A DNA stretch of 62,485 nucleotides, the filler included, from Globobulimina sp. (Eukaryota): assembly GCA_003354225.1 (NCBI GenBank). It is 40 parts of 40 records of this genome, joined end to end, with 100 filler letters (N's around TTAATTAATTAA, not from the genome) between each part and the next. Parts side by side here need not be neighbours in the genome. Positions count along the whole stretch, not along the records: positions 23,483 to 24,947 come from PIVH01016253.1; positions 25,048 to 26,512 come from PIVH01016254.1; positions 26,613 to 28,077 come from PIVH01016255.1; positions 28,178 to 29,642 come from PIVH01016256.1; positions 29,743 to 31,207 come from PIVH01016257.1; positions 31,308 to 32,772 come from PIVH01016258.1; positions 32,873 to 34,337 come from PIVH01016259.1; positions 34,438 to 35,902 come from PIVH01016260.1; 32 more parts are not named here. One strand, given 5' to 3'. Under the pieces are notes generated by a model. It was given only the letters and a program-made list of their open reading frames with translations. It made no database searches and was not told the origin of the DNA. Below are positions 23,772-36,002 of the stretch, one piece after another. A program made the position numbers and the translations under genes. Position 1 is the first letter of the stretch; each line of letters opens with the position of its first letter.

Positions 23772-24821
23772 ATGAAACATTTGCTTCAATCCATATTTAA
23801 CAACAATAAATCTCAAATACTGGCTGATCAAGCTGTGTTTAGTGGTAATAGCTTTTTTGTTACTATTTTGATGGCAAGGATACTAACGCCAACTGATTTT
23901 GGATTATATGCATCAATTGTTTTATTCATGTACTTAGTTATCAGTATTCTGAATGCCATTGTAATACAACCTCTGCAAGTCACCCTGGCCAAAATCAAGA
24001 ACGTAACCTCATATATTTCTTTTAGTCTTTGGGTCCAACTTTCGTCTATGGCATTAGTAATATTAATAGTTATAGCAATTATCAAATCTGACCTGTCATT
24101 TTTAGTCCATTATTCCCAACTAAGCCTGGGAATAATCCTTCTCACTTTTGGTTTTGTAATGCATGATTATTTTCGCAAACTTTTCCTGGCAAAAGCAAAT
24201 ATATTGCAAGCATTAATAATAGATATTATTAATGCTTCTATACACATATCCATATTGCTTATTGCCCTATTTATTTCAGATATTTCATTATCACATATTA
24301 TTATTTTGCTTGGACTTGGATATATTCCCTCTCTTTTACTAGGAGTGATTTTTATTAAACCTGTTCTTAATAATGGAATTCAATGGAAATCGTATGTTCA
24401 AATTCATTTCATACAATCAAAATGGCTGTTATTGACTGCATTGGTGCAATGGTGGTCGACAAATTTGTTTGTTGTGGTGTCAGGAATATTTTTAGGAATA
24501 GCAGCTTTGGGAGCGTTTCGACTTGTTCAATCAATTTTTGGAGTTTTGAATATGCTACTGCAAACATTTGAAAATTATGCACTACCACAAACATCCCGCC
24601 TTTTATTTTCTTCAATGGAAGAGGCTAGAGAATATCTCAAGCAGATAGGCATTAAAACATCTATTCTCTTTGGATTTGTTCTAATACTAATACTAATCTT
24701 TTCAAAATCAATAATCGTACTGGCAGGAGGAGAAAACTATTCTGACTATGCATTTGTTTCCAGAAATTATGTCAATAAAAGAATCTATGGCGATAATGAC
24801 TCGTTTGCATCTCAATTATAA
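23772..24821 (+). CDS. wzx: Bacterial polysaccharide flippase (Wzx/MOP family), probably C-terminally chimeric
   Basis: LADQAVFSGNSFFVTILMARILTPTDFGLYA, many TM helices, ALGAFRLVQSIFG; no introns; Bacteroidota-like style (inference). Confidence 0.85.
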   Translation: MKHLLQSIFNNNKSQILADQAVFSGNSFFVTILMARILTPTDFGLYASIVLFMYLVISILNAIVIQPLQVTLAKIKNVTSYISFSLWVQLSSMALVILIVIAIIKSDLSFLVHYSQLSLGIILLTFGFVMHDYFRKLFLAKANILQALIIDIINASIHISILLIALFISDISLSHIIILLGLGYIPSLLLGVIFIKPVLNNGIQWKSYVQIHFIQSKWLLLTALVQWWSTNLFVVVSGIFLGIAALGAFRLVQSIFGVLNMLLQTFENYALPQTSRLLFSSMEEAREYLKQIGIKTSILFGFVLILILIFSKSIIVLAGGENYSDYAFVSRNYVNKRIYGDNDSFASQL

Positions 24822-25047
24822 TTGGGTTTTGTCTGCTATAGGATTTTGTCTCATATTTGCAGGCATTATATATCTTAATAAAACATTGTTCCCAAGGATT
24901 ATTTATTACCAAAAACTGCTTGAAAAAGAAAGTATAACTGATGACTTNNNNNNNNNNNNNNNNNNNNNNNNNNNNNNNNNNNNNNNNNNNNTTAATTAAT
25001 TAANNNNNNNNNNNNNNNNNNNNNNNNNNNNNNNNNNNNNNNNNNNN

Positions 25048-26405
25048 CAATAGATATTCATATTGATATTAAGGAAAAATAAAAGTTGTTGATAATGATA
25101 GATGTCAGAATCTTGGAACTTTGATCCCATAAATTTAAAGAAATCAGCATATATATATATATAGAGGCTACACTTTGAGTCCTAAAATTCCTGATTAATT
25201 CCTTCAATCACACTTTGAGTATTACCGATGCGCAATTTACCTCCATCCCCAACCACTGCAGTCACAACTATTGAGCTAATTTGTTGTGGTGAGCGATTAA
25301 CTCCAAAAGTACATTAAATCCATACACTGCAGGATTCGTTAAGAACGTGTCTGTCAATATTTTATTTCTTCAGAAAACGGTGAGTGAAAACAATTGCAAA
25401 TGAAATCGAAAAGGAACGTTAACGATCCTGTAAGCTCTGTATATCTTTCAGAACCACCGATATGTTCAACTGTGATCACTAACTATGAATGTTGTTATTC
25501 TGTCAATAGATTTATAAACAATGAATCGAACATTTGTGAAAGAACCCATCAGTTTATAAATGATAAAATATTTACATTTGACGAAATATTAAATCCATTA
25601 TTAATTGTATTGAAGTATTACATCAGAGAGGATATAATAAACATTGATTTGTCAGATATAACATGTATCATAGCATTGTACTGTTTTCCAGCACATTGTG
25701 AAGACACATTGGAAGGAGTAAAACACTCAATTGCATATTATTTTGATTCACTTGTAATTGACAGTAACTGGGAATTTGATGATTGGACTATGTATCAAGG
25801 ACAACGATTGATAATATATGTGAGAAATACTTGTTTGATTGAAAGTGAAGCTTCAATATCGGTGAGTTATAGAGGTTACTGGGGACCGCGAGGTAATTCC
25901 CGTGAGGATCCACATGATTATATTGATGATTTGGATGATTTGGATGCTCGATATTTATGTTGTGGGCCAGGTGGAGGCAGTTTTGGTGGAGCAGGAGGCG
26001 GTGCCATTAAAATATTTGCAAATAAATTTATAAATAAAGGAGTGATTGAATCAAATGGTGGATGGGGAAGAATGGGCACTGCCCGCGGTGGTTCTGGCGG
26101 TAATATATGGATAAGATGTAATGTGTTCAAAAATATCGGAAGTATTAAAGCCGAAGGAGGGCAACAAGAATATGGTGGAGGTGGATATGGACTGAATGGT
26201 AATATTCATATTGATATAATAAGCAAAAACAAAAGTGTTAAATCCAGTGGATATGTTGATAACGATAAAATTAAACATTTAATGTCATAAATTTTAGATG
26301 TCAAAATCTTGGAACTTTGATCCCATAAATTTAAAGATCAGCACATATATTATATATATATATAGAAGTTGCACTTTGGTCATAAAATTCCTAATTCGTT
26401 CCTTT
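25048..26405 (+). repeat. Tandem gene duplication: the 3' end and downstream region recur with a ~1196-bp period
   Basis: TAGATGTCA.AATCTTGGAACTTTGATCCCATAAATTTAAAG at 25099 and 26295, each preceded by an ATATTCATATTGATAT coding-tail remnant. Confidence 0.85.
25400..26290 (+). CDS. Protein with a C-terminal Gly-rich repetitive beta-strand domain
   Basis: GGAGGGAIKI...NKGVIESNGG...GGSGGNIWI...NIGSIKAEGG repeats. Confidence 0.7.
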   Translation: MKSKRNVNDPVSSVYLSEPPICSTVITNYECCYSVNRFINNESNICERTHQFINDKIFTFDEILNPLLIVLKYYIREDIINIDLSDITCIIALYCFPAHCEDTLEGVKHSIAYYFDSLVIDSNWEFDDWTMYQGQRLIIYVRNTCLIESEASISVSYRGYWGPRGNSREDPHDYIDDLDDLDARYLCCGPGGGSFGGAGGGAIKIFANKFINKGVIESNGGWGRMGTARGGSGGNIWIRCNVFKNIGSIKAEGGQQEYGGGGYGLNGNIHIDIISKNKSVKSSGYVDNDKIKHLMS

Positions 26406-26612
26406 GTATTTTGAGTATTAATTCTCAGTGTGCTGGCAAATGATTATCTTATGATACTATATGATATCATGGAACATCCTGTGATATGCGATAATATTCT
26501 ATAATATCTTACNNNNNNNNNNNNNNNNNNNNNNNNNNNNNNNNNNNNNNNNNNNNTTAATTAATTAANNNNNNNNNNNNNNNNNNNNNNNNNNNNNNNN
26601 NNNNNNNNNNNN

Positions 26613-28043
26613 TTTATTTGCGAATATCAACAAGCCGGATAATGTCTCATGGTCATCTTGCATATTCCCTACGGATGACACATCAGAGTAGGTTTCGTTG
26701 AGTCCGTGCAAGCGAGCGTCACGCCCAAATATGGAGGATGGGATTGGTAGTTGTAACTGCTTATTATTGCTCTTACTTTTATTACTTTCCACTTGTTTCG
26801 TTTTGGTGTTGTTTTTCTTAGTTTTGGTGCTGTTTTTATTCTCCTTTTCTTCCTCTTCAGCCCTGCGTAAGGTTTGCAAGCGGGCAAAATTGTGGGTATC
26901 GACACTGGCATTGGCGCCGGCGTATAATTTCTCTCTTTCTTGCTGACAATTGTAAATGGCGACGGTTGGTTGGTGCGATACGGGGATGTCGTCCAACCAT
27001 TTAATGCAATCACATAATGAGGATATGATTTGATATCGGTTCGATTTCTCGCAATATGAACTATATTTGATTAATATTTCAATCATTTTCGTAGCTGGCC
27101 GTATCTTGTACAATTCAGCTGAAGTGGAGATACCTTTATATTTAACTGTATCCGCAATGGCTTTGGCGATGTCAATGGCATTCACGCCTGCTTTTTTACT
27201 GATGGTTTTTAATAATGTCAGGACATATTGTATATCATAGCGACGTATGTCCTGTTCGATTTGCCTGTTTTGTGTTTGTTTTTCGTTTTTATTGACGGAT
27301 TTGTGAATAGATGTAAATATGTATCTAAACTCAAGGGTGAAATGTAATTTGTCATTATTAAATCCCGCAATATGAGAACACAATAATTCAAATCCTTTCA
27401 TAGCAATTTGTCCAATATCGAGGGATGTTTTGTTATTATCATCAGATACTTTTTCTGCATCCATAGTGGCTGTGGTTGTATTTAATAATGACATTGATTT
27501 CGCAATATCCATTGGTCGTAAATTATATATAAATAATGACATTAATTCAGTAAATTTGGTATCGACCATTTGATTTTTATATGAATATTCAACGGCCAAT
27601 TTAAGTGTATCCAAAGCGTGATAAATAATTGTTTTCTCAGTGAAATGATTAACATTTGAGGTGCTCTTCATAAATGAATCTGATTTATATGATAATTGGC
27701 GTTCTTTCTTACTGTGATGCTTGTTCTTATGCGTATGCTTATGGTGCTGGCTATTTGTATTAAATGAATAATAATCAGATTCCATATGTTCTGATCTTCC
27801 GATTTTTATTAATAAGTCAAAGATGTCTGATAAACGCTGAAATGCAAAAAATCGATCTTGCACTGATTGTAATAAGGCTTTTAATGTTTGCATTGCGTAC
27901 ATTATATAATCCACATTGTTATGTTTAAAGCCTTCCAACAGTAACAATTGGCAACATTCTACGACATAGTCATCCATGTTTGATAGTACTTTGTTTTTAT
28001 TGTCATCCATACAAAATTGTATGATGCCTGAATAGGACTGCAT
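26613..28043 (-). CDS. Large alpha-helical (ARM/HEAT-like) protein fragment, possibly EFR3-like
   Basis: About 477 open codons of amphipathic helices; the family assignment is weak. Confidence 0.55.
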
Positions 28044-28177
28044 TGCATAACGTACTCGTAAATCATTTTGTTAAACANNNNNNNNNNNNNNNNNNNNNNN
28101 NNNNNNNNNNNNNNNNNNNNNTTAATTAATTAANNNNNNNNNNNNNNNNNNNNNNNNNNNNNNNNNNNNNNNNNNNN

Positions 28178-29642
28178 TTGGCAATTCGTAATTTGGTTTT
28201 ATTTAGCAGCGACTTCATGTGTGGATAATGTGAATTGGTACTATGATCAGTGGATTGGGCACCTAGTCTCGCATTGAAATCACCAATGACAAAGATATTG
28301 TCGCAGTTCGATTTCATACGTTGGATATCATTGGTTAAGGTGTTATAGAACTTACTGCTACGGCTTGCAAGACTGGCTTTGTATGGGCGTACATAATTTA
28401 TTGCAAGGTAAGTGGGTTTGGTGTTGGTGTCAAATTTAATTGAGAGCCATATTGTATTCATTCCTCTCGTTTTTTGTATCTTAACATTTGGTCAAAGGTA
28501 TAACTCCAAACCGCAGCATCGTTGACTAATTTCGGTGTAACAACCGACTCGCTCATATTTAAGGTGAAGGCTTCATCATTGAGAGGAGGAATGCGTAGCA
28601 ATGCCAGGAGGCCATTTAACGGAATATCAGTGTAAAAATCGCCATTATAATTACGGATAATGCACGCCGCGCCATAGATGGTATTCTGCAATTTATTATT
28701 ATAGCCGGTGGCAATTTGCTTTCTTAACATGAGGTCGGGGACATTTCTAATGGGTTTCAGACTTCCCGGCTTTGATTGCAACTGAACTCTGGTATCCATC
28801 CAATTATATCGCGGTGCCAGTAATTGTACGGTGATATCCTGGCCACGGAGCGCCATCACACCTTTTAACTCATCGTTTATCTGCAAGTCATAGCCCTCCA
28901 AGACTTTGACCAATCCTTTCTGGCCCGAATGCGGGAAATATGTATAATCTGCAAAGTTGGCCACTAACTGGCCATCTTCCGGGGTGACGAACGGCAAAAT
29001 TCGTCTGTCATCTTTGTCAATGGATTTAAATTTGGCCCATTTGTCACTGCGCAACACGCCTAAGGCTCGGATCCCAGGACCATAGAATTTGACTGGTTTT
29101 GCCACGATTATTGGCCGGTAATCTGCATTCCGCACTTTCTTGGGATATTGTGCCATTTTGCTGATGACTTTCTCATAATGCTTCTCTGTCAAATCATGCG
29201 CCGTTGTGTACGAATCAATCAATAAATTGTACGGCACATAGCCCAATGAATAGGGACCTTTCACCGTGCGATGTCGACGTAAATTCTGCAATAATGCCAC
29301 GCGTTCATTCCATCTTTTTGTATCGAATGTGTTCTTAACTTTTGGGCCAGGCTGTTTGTCAGAGCCCTCGACCCTCTGCTTCTTATTCACGCGATTTGAC
29401 TGTGTCTTAATGACAGCATTCTTTAACTGCAACGATGGCGATTGTTGCTGCATTGCTTCATTTTCTGCCAAGAATGCGCTGAAATTCCTGACAGCTTTTG
29501 GGTTGAACTGGACATGTTGTCGGATGGTGACATTCTGGGGAGCTACGTCTACGTCATAGCCACCAGCTTTCTGTAATACAGCAACAACACGGTCACAATC
29601 TAACTGTACCGTGTCAGTGGTCGTACCATCCATGGAATGGAT
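28178..29642 (-). mobile_element. Non-LTR retrotransposon fragment: ORF1-like frame (28458-29642) followed by a partial APE endonuclease (28178-28461)
   Basis: TIWLSI...INYVRP...IFVIGDFNARLG is APE-type; it lies downstream of a long basic ORF. Confidence 0.65.
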
Positions 29643-31489
29643 NNNNNNNNNNNNNNNNNNNNNNNNNNNNNNNNNNNNNNNNNNNNTTAATTAATTAANN
29701 NNNNNNNNNNNNNNNNNNNNNNNNNNNNNNNNNNNNNNNNNNACAGACGAATATGTACATATTAAATAACAATTTAATTCCGCACACCATTTACATCCGG
29801 CTTCACCGACATACATTGCATTGCGGTCGAATAGAAAGAAGGCTTTCAACGGCTAATTGCTTGGAGGCCAAATTATGAATCATCGCGGCGCTTCGCCATA
29901 AATACTATAAATTGCACAAGACGCCAATGAAGATTTAACCAGTCCCGGCGTATCAAAATATTCTTCCACGCCGTCAGTAATGGCTTGCAATCCGGCGGCA
30001 CCAACGGCCGCTTGTCATTTCACATGGCCATACAGACCGATTCATCACTTTGTCGCCACCAATCCATTTTGGCCTCGATTCATCACTTTGTGTCCATCGC
30101 ATTAATAATTTGCGTAATTATCTCCGAATCAACAGCAAAGTCGCGATGTGTTACAGATTAATATTGATTTGCTAAATTAGTAAAGCCGTTTTTTTGATGC
30201 GGGGTTGCTGCAGCTTACAATTAATAGCGTACTAAACCTTTTTGTAAATTGCAATTATCCATTTCGATCTAACGGATCGCCCATTAAATCGAATATTAAA
30301 TCTAAACCGCTTGCTTTTAATATCTCGACAATGACGTCGTTGTTATTTAATTTGGATGGACTGGAATAATTTGACGGGATTACGTTGTGCATTGCTGATG
30401 CAACTTCGTATGTATTGTAATGTTTCTTGTACTGTCCATTCTGTTAACACTTTTTGTTTTTGTTCTGCCATGCTCGAAAGTGAGTTTTTCGTCAGGTTTT
30501 AATATTTAAAATCAGCAAATACAATTCATTGGAGCTAGTTTTAAGAGAGACACCATGGTTGCACAGCGTTCAGATCTCAGCAGATCTAGTCAGCAGATGG
30601 TGGTTCATAATCTACGTTCCTATCATAGCATATACATAGATATTATTCCCAACCTACAATAAAGAAGAAATACAATATTTATTACAAGAGACAAATTATA
30701 TACAATGTTGTATGGTTTGTTGGATTTGCAATGTTGTCGGAAATCGTTCTTGTCAATAAGTTGAATAACGATCGACAGATTTGTTTTGAATATTAAACGT
30801 CAACGTTTTTTTATCAATTAATCCAGAACAACCGCATTATGTTAATTTATCAAATGCATCGAACCCAGACATTATAAGAGCAGAAACCAGACGAAGAAAC
30901 CCAGCATGATATGAATGTGATGGATTATCATTATATTAAATGACAAATGATACACTATCATGATAAATGTATTGAGTAAATCTTATTAATTATAATCCAG
31001 TTATTTGCAGTGAAACAGTTTTCGAAAAGAAAACCTACAGAACAATAATCCGATGATTATTGATTATTCGATCGTTTCTGTGTTCGTAGAATCAATATAA
31101 TTCGATGAATCTGACGATTAATTATTGTTACCAAAATAACAAAAACATAGCAGGTCTGAATCGTTTTTGTATTAAGTAAACCAGTGTAGATTTGTGTGTA
31201 CCGAATTNNNNNNNNNNNNNNNNNNNNNNNNNNNNNNNNNNNNNNNNNNNNTTAATTAATTAANNNNNNNNNNNNNNNNNNNNNNNNNNNNNNNNNNNNN
31301 NNNNNNNATTTTAAAATACACCAAATAAAGTGCTAAGTGTTTCAAGTTTATTACTACCAATTACTGATTTAGAACATTGTCCTAGTCACACTCCGAAGAA
31401 TGACAGTAATGGAGTGGCAAAGTGCAATTCTAAACTATGTGCAAAATGCATAAAACATAATATCACATTGACAAACACAATAATAATAA

Positions 31490-32772
31490 TCAAATGGTCG
31501 TATAAAAATCATTCAATAATTTCTTAAATTGGATAACAGAAGGAGGAGATTGAACCAGATTTATATTCATCATTGCACATAGTTCATTAATCATATTTGG
31601 CGCACGGTAAGAAAAACTTCTTTTTGCTATTTCTGTTTTAAATGGAGGTAAGGCCAATTTTGGTACTTGAGTAAATCTGGCAGAAGTACGGGTATTACTT
31701 ATAGCAATAGGAAATGTCAAATCAATGAATTCATTATCGACAAAAGTCTTGTATGCCATAATTTCAGTTCTTCGTTTTAATTCTGTATGAGCATCCAACC
31801 AGCCAAGCTTCTTTCTTGATTCGGATGCACGATCATATTTGCGAAGTCCAAACACTAATTTAGCACCAAAGTTTACGGCCCGCACTAACGTTTCTTCCAC
31901 ATAAGACTTTGGTGCTGCATGGACTACAGGGGAGGCATAAAATAGTTTCGGGAGTATCGTTGTTTCAATGGTTTTTACCAAAACTCTGCGCGGTAAGCAG
32001 TATTTGGCTCTTCTAAGTGCAAACAGTTCTTTTTTGCATTTTCCGGAAATAAAATTCAAATGTTGTTTGAAATTTAACTGATCGTCCATAATCACACCCA
32101 AATTCTTTGCTTTTGTAACAATTTCCAGTATTTCTCCATCAATCGAAAGCCCTTGATTAGCAACAACATTTCGTCGGTTTTGACTGGTACCAATGGAAAG
32201 GACTTGGGTTTTACTTCGGTTGTTTTTAAGTCCATTCATGTTGCACCATCTAATGATGTTATGTAGATCATATTCAAGGTTACGGTAGGCTTCATTTGTC
32301 TGTCCTGGTTTGTGTGAAAGACACAGTTGGATGTCATCAGCATATAGGGTAATTTTGCTGTGTTTTATAACTTTAGGGAGGTCGTTGATTGCAATTAAGA
32401 ACAGGAAGGGACCCAGATTCGATCCCTGGGGGACCCCAGTAGTAACAGGTAACATTTTGGAAATTTGGGTCCCAATTTTCACCCTTTGGGATCTATTTTG
32501 AAGATACGATTTGAACCAGTTTAAAGCTGTACCTTGAATTCCGTATCTGGCCATCTTTGCAAGTAGAATGGTATGGACCACACAATCAAAAGCTTTACTC
32601 ATATCCAGCAACACCAAGGTGGACATTAATTTATTTTCCATTGCTGAATATATAGAATCACAAACCTTTAACAGTGCTGTCTCTGTAGATTTTCCACTTA
32701 AAAAACCAAATTGACACTCTGATACAAATTGGACAGAATATGGGCGAATTTGATTGAAAACAAGAAGTTCCA
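31490..32772 (-). mobile_element. Non-LTR retrotransposon reverse transcriptase, 3' end (CR1/L2-like)
   Basis: QFGF, LDMSKAFD, GVPQGSNLGP, YADD, KNLGV and SFSYRAP; a short (TTA)n run follows the stop. Confidence 0.95.
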
Positions 32773-32903
32773 NNNNNNNNNNNNNNNNNNNNNNNNNNNN
32801 NNNNNNNNNNNNNNNNTTAATTAATTAANNNNNNNNNNNNNNNNNNNNNNNNNNNNNNNNNNNNNNNNNNNNACCACAACGACGACAAATAAAATACCTT
32901 TTT

Positions 32904-34124
32904 TCACATCTTCGTGTATAAATACGTGGTTATAACAGCGGGGAAATTGGTTTGCAGAGTCACGACATATGTTGGTGTGTTTGAAGGATTGTAAGTCGGT
33001 AAGTTTGTTGTTGATGATGTTGTATAAGTTGGTGCAGTAGATCTATATATAGCAGTTGGTGTTGTAGTTGGTATAGCAGTCGGTATTGCAGTGGGTAAGT
33101 TTGTCGGCGACGATGTTGTATCGGTTGGCGGCAATGTAGGCAATGATGATGGTGCATAACTAGGTGTATGCATACATATGGAATATTGATCCACGCAGCT
33201 CCATTCTGTATTGGATATGACACATGATTCTGAATAATCCGCCGTGCATAGTCTCCAGCATAAGTTGTTCCAATATAACCAGAGAAATCTATATCATCCC
33301 ATCCATTCTGTGCATAAAATACCAGTGTTCTCAACGGATCATTTGCGCCAAAAATACCAGAACTGATTCCTTGTATATAGCAATTTTTTTTATTATTGCC
33401 ATTAGAGCGAGCTGGACACCATATTTGTACGTTGGAACATGTGGATGGTCCAGCACAGCCCGTCAGAGCTAAACCAGAACTATCTGCGGCATCAAAATGA
33501 GAAACACTACAGCTGCCAGATCCATTGCCACAGTCGATGTAACAATTATGATCCACTGGACACTTAAGCTCTGATTCAGAACATCCCCATGAGGACGTAG
33601 AAGAACCGCAGGTGACGAAACAATCCGCATTTTGCGCGCACTCAATTTGTGCCGCGCTGCATGCAGCTACACCAATACATTGTAAATGTAAAGGAACATT
33701 CAATCCACCATCGATAATACTTTGTGTACATCCATAATAGCCACATACTATATTGCAGCTACTGTTTATCTCTCTTCTTGACAGTCGTTGCAATATCCAT
33801 CACAGATTACATTACAGTCCGCATTGACAGGGCAGTTAAGTGTGGAATAACGACAGGGCAGTTGATAGTGGTTGAGATGCATGATTGAGTATTATTGCAT
33901 AATGTATTACATTCATATCCTTCTTTGCAATTTAATGTGGAATATGAACATGTGTCATCTGCAATGCACAATATGCTGCATGCTTCATTTTGAATACAAT
34001 TTATTGTTTGGAAAGCACAGTTCTGCCGGCTGGTACAACTAATAATGTCAGCACAAACTGCCAATAAGCACATCTGTAGAAAATAAACGATCTGTGTAGC
34101 TGTTGAGGAGGAGGTTGAGAGCAT
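32904..34124 (-). pseudogene. Cys-rich secreted adhesin-like gene with PT-repeat stalk, broken by at least two frameshifts
   Basis: Signal peptide, repeated C-x4-5-C-x3-C modules and TxxPT repeats spread over three ORFs; duplicated AACTGCCCTGTC at ~33826-33863. Confidence 0.7.
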
Positions 34125-34933
34125 AGTTCAAGAGTTTTTTCCAAAGCAAATACTTAAAACATGTTTGTTTATTTTTTTGTAGGATTTCAGTAATATTTCT
34201 TTTTTTTGTATGTTCGAATTCCACTTTTCAAACACCAAACTTTTTTCCGATCATTCCAATCACAAAGAGACGCAACAATTATTTCATACGTTTCTTCATC
34301 GGGTTTTATTAATTTCTTCCATTGCTTGTACGCCGTCNNNNNNNNNNNNNNNNNNNNNNNNNNNNNNNNNNNNNNNNNNNNTTAATTAATTAANNNNNNN
34401 NNNNNNNNNNNNNNNNNNNNNNNNNNNNNNNNNNNNNGATTTTGATACTAAAAAGTTTATTCTACCTCAAGTCTTCCAAAAATTTGCTCTCTCAGTGTCC
34501 AATCCCACAATTACTGCCGGCCTAACATACCTATCAAAAAAGGTGTCATACCAGACAGCAATTGGGTTGTCATCCAACAGATCTACTTCTGGATCGACAA
34601 CAATGATCTTCCTAATAATTTCTCCGAATTTTCTTGACATGCCCTCTTGTTTCATGAAAAATTGCATTGGCGCAACTGCAAAGCAGTAAATAAAATGAAG
34701 TATTATAAAAAAAGAGCTTAAAAAATTTTCTTACTCAGGCATTGGATAAGTTTCACAATAATATTTTTTTTCATGATTGTTTTTGAATCCACAAATCCGA
34801 GTTGCTACAAGAACAAATAAGCCAAGTTTCGAAAATGTATGGAATTGTGTGGTTCATTGAAAAATTTAAATATTTTATGAATCATTTGAAAAATATTGAC
34901 AAAATTATCTGATTATCTGACTAAATTAGACAT

Positions 34934-35390
34934 AACTATGATAACAACATTGTTAATATAAGTAAGGTCACAAGATAGTAATCCTTACTATACATCGTGA
35001 CACTTAGAATACAACAACATTACAGGAAATCTCAGAATCTAATGAACACATCACAATAAATGCATCTGTAACTGGGTAAGATATTAAACTATGATAATAA
35101 ATCAATAGCGGCGTTATTAAGACCACGCGATAGTAAACGGTACTATACATCGTGATACTTAGAATACAATAACATTACAGGAAAACTCAGAATCTAATGA
35201 GCACATCGCAATAAATGCATCAGTAACTGAGTCAGATATTAAACTATGATAATAAATCAACAGCGTTGTTAGTAAGACCACGCGATAGTAAACGGTACTA
35301 TACATCGTGATACTTAGAATACAGTAACATTACAGGAAAACATAGAAATCTCATGAACACATCAATTAGACACATCAGTGACTGCATCAG
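34934..35390 (+). repeat. 155-bp tandem repeat, about 3 copies
   Basis: TACTATACATCGTGA at 34986, 35141 and 35296. Confidence 0.95.
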
Positions 35391-35621
35391 GCACATTGTA
35401 TTATTAGTGAAATTTGTCTCATCAACCCAGTTTATAATTATCACCGAGGAGTAAGGAGACACATAACTATAATCTGATTGGCTTATAATTTACTGATGTC
35501 CATTGTTGTGGTTTGAACTTGCATTGGATGCAATGCATCAATACAACTGATTAGAGTTTGGTTGCACATTAGTACACATGAGATTTCGCGTTTTAGCTGC
35601 GATTAACATGAAAATACATAA

Positions 35622-35864
35622 TTATCCAGGGAAATCAACCAAAATATGGAACTGAGAAACTGGAATTCGCCGAATTCCAGTTTGATCAACAAATTGAACA
35701 GCAAGAATACGGTAATATTCTTTCTCTTCAATGGACATCTGATCCCAAATATCACCAAAGTCGTCCCTGATGTAATCAGCGAAAGTTAAATCACCAATTA
35801 CATCGGCTGGAAACAGAAAAAACATTTTGGCGGCGGCCATAATATAACCACTGATTCTCATCAT
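35622..35864 (-). CDS. Small divergent HMG-box-like protein
   Basis: SGYI...FGDIWDQMSIEEKEYYRILA matches HMG helices 2-3 (W-x2-M-S-x-E-E-K-x2-Y). Confidence 0.55.
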   Translation of the reverse strand: MMRISGYIMAAAKMFFLFPADVIGDLTFADYIRDDFGDIWDQMSIEEKEYYRILAVQFVDQTGIRRIPVSQFHILVDFPG

Positions 35865-36002
35865 TATTGCTGAAAGTTATTTATTCTATCTCAAAAAATT
35901 CANNNNNNNNNNNNNNNNNNNNNNNNNNNNNNNNNNNNNNNNNNNNTTAATTAATTAANNNNNNNNNNNNNNNNNNNNNNNNNNNNNNNNNNNNNNNNNN
36001 NN

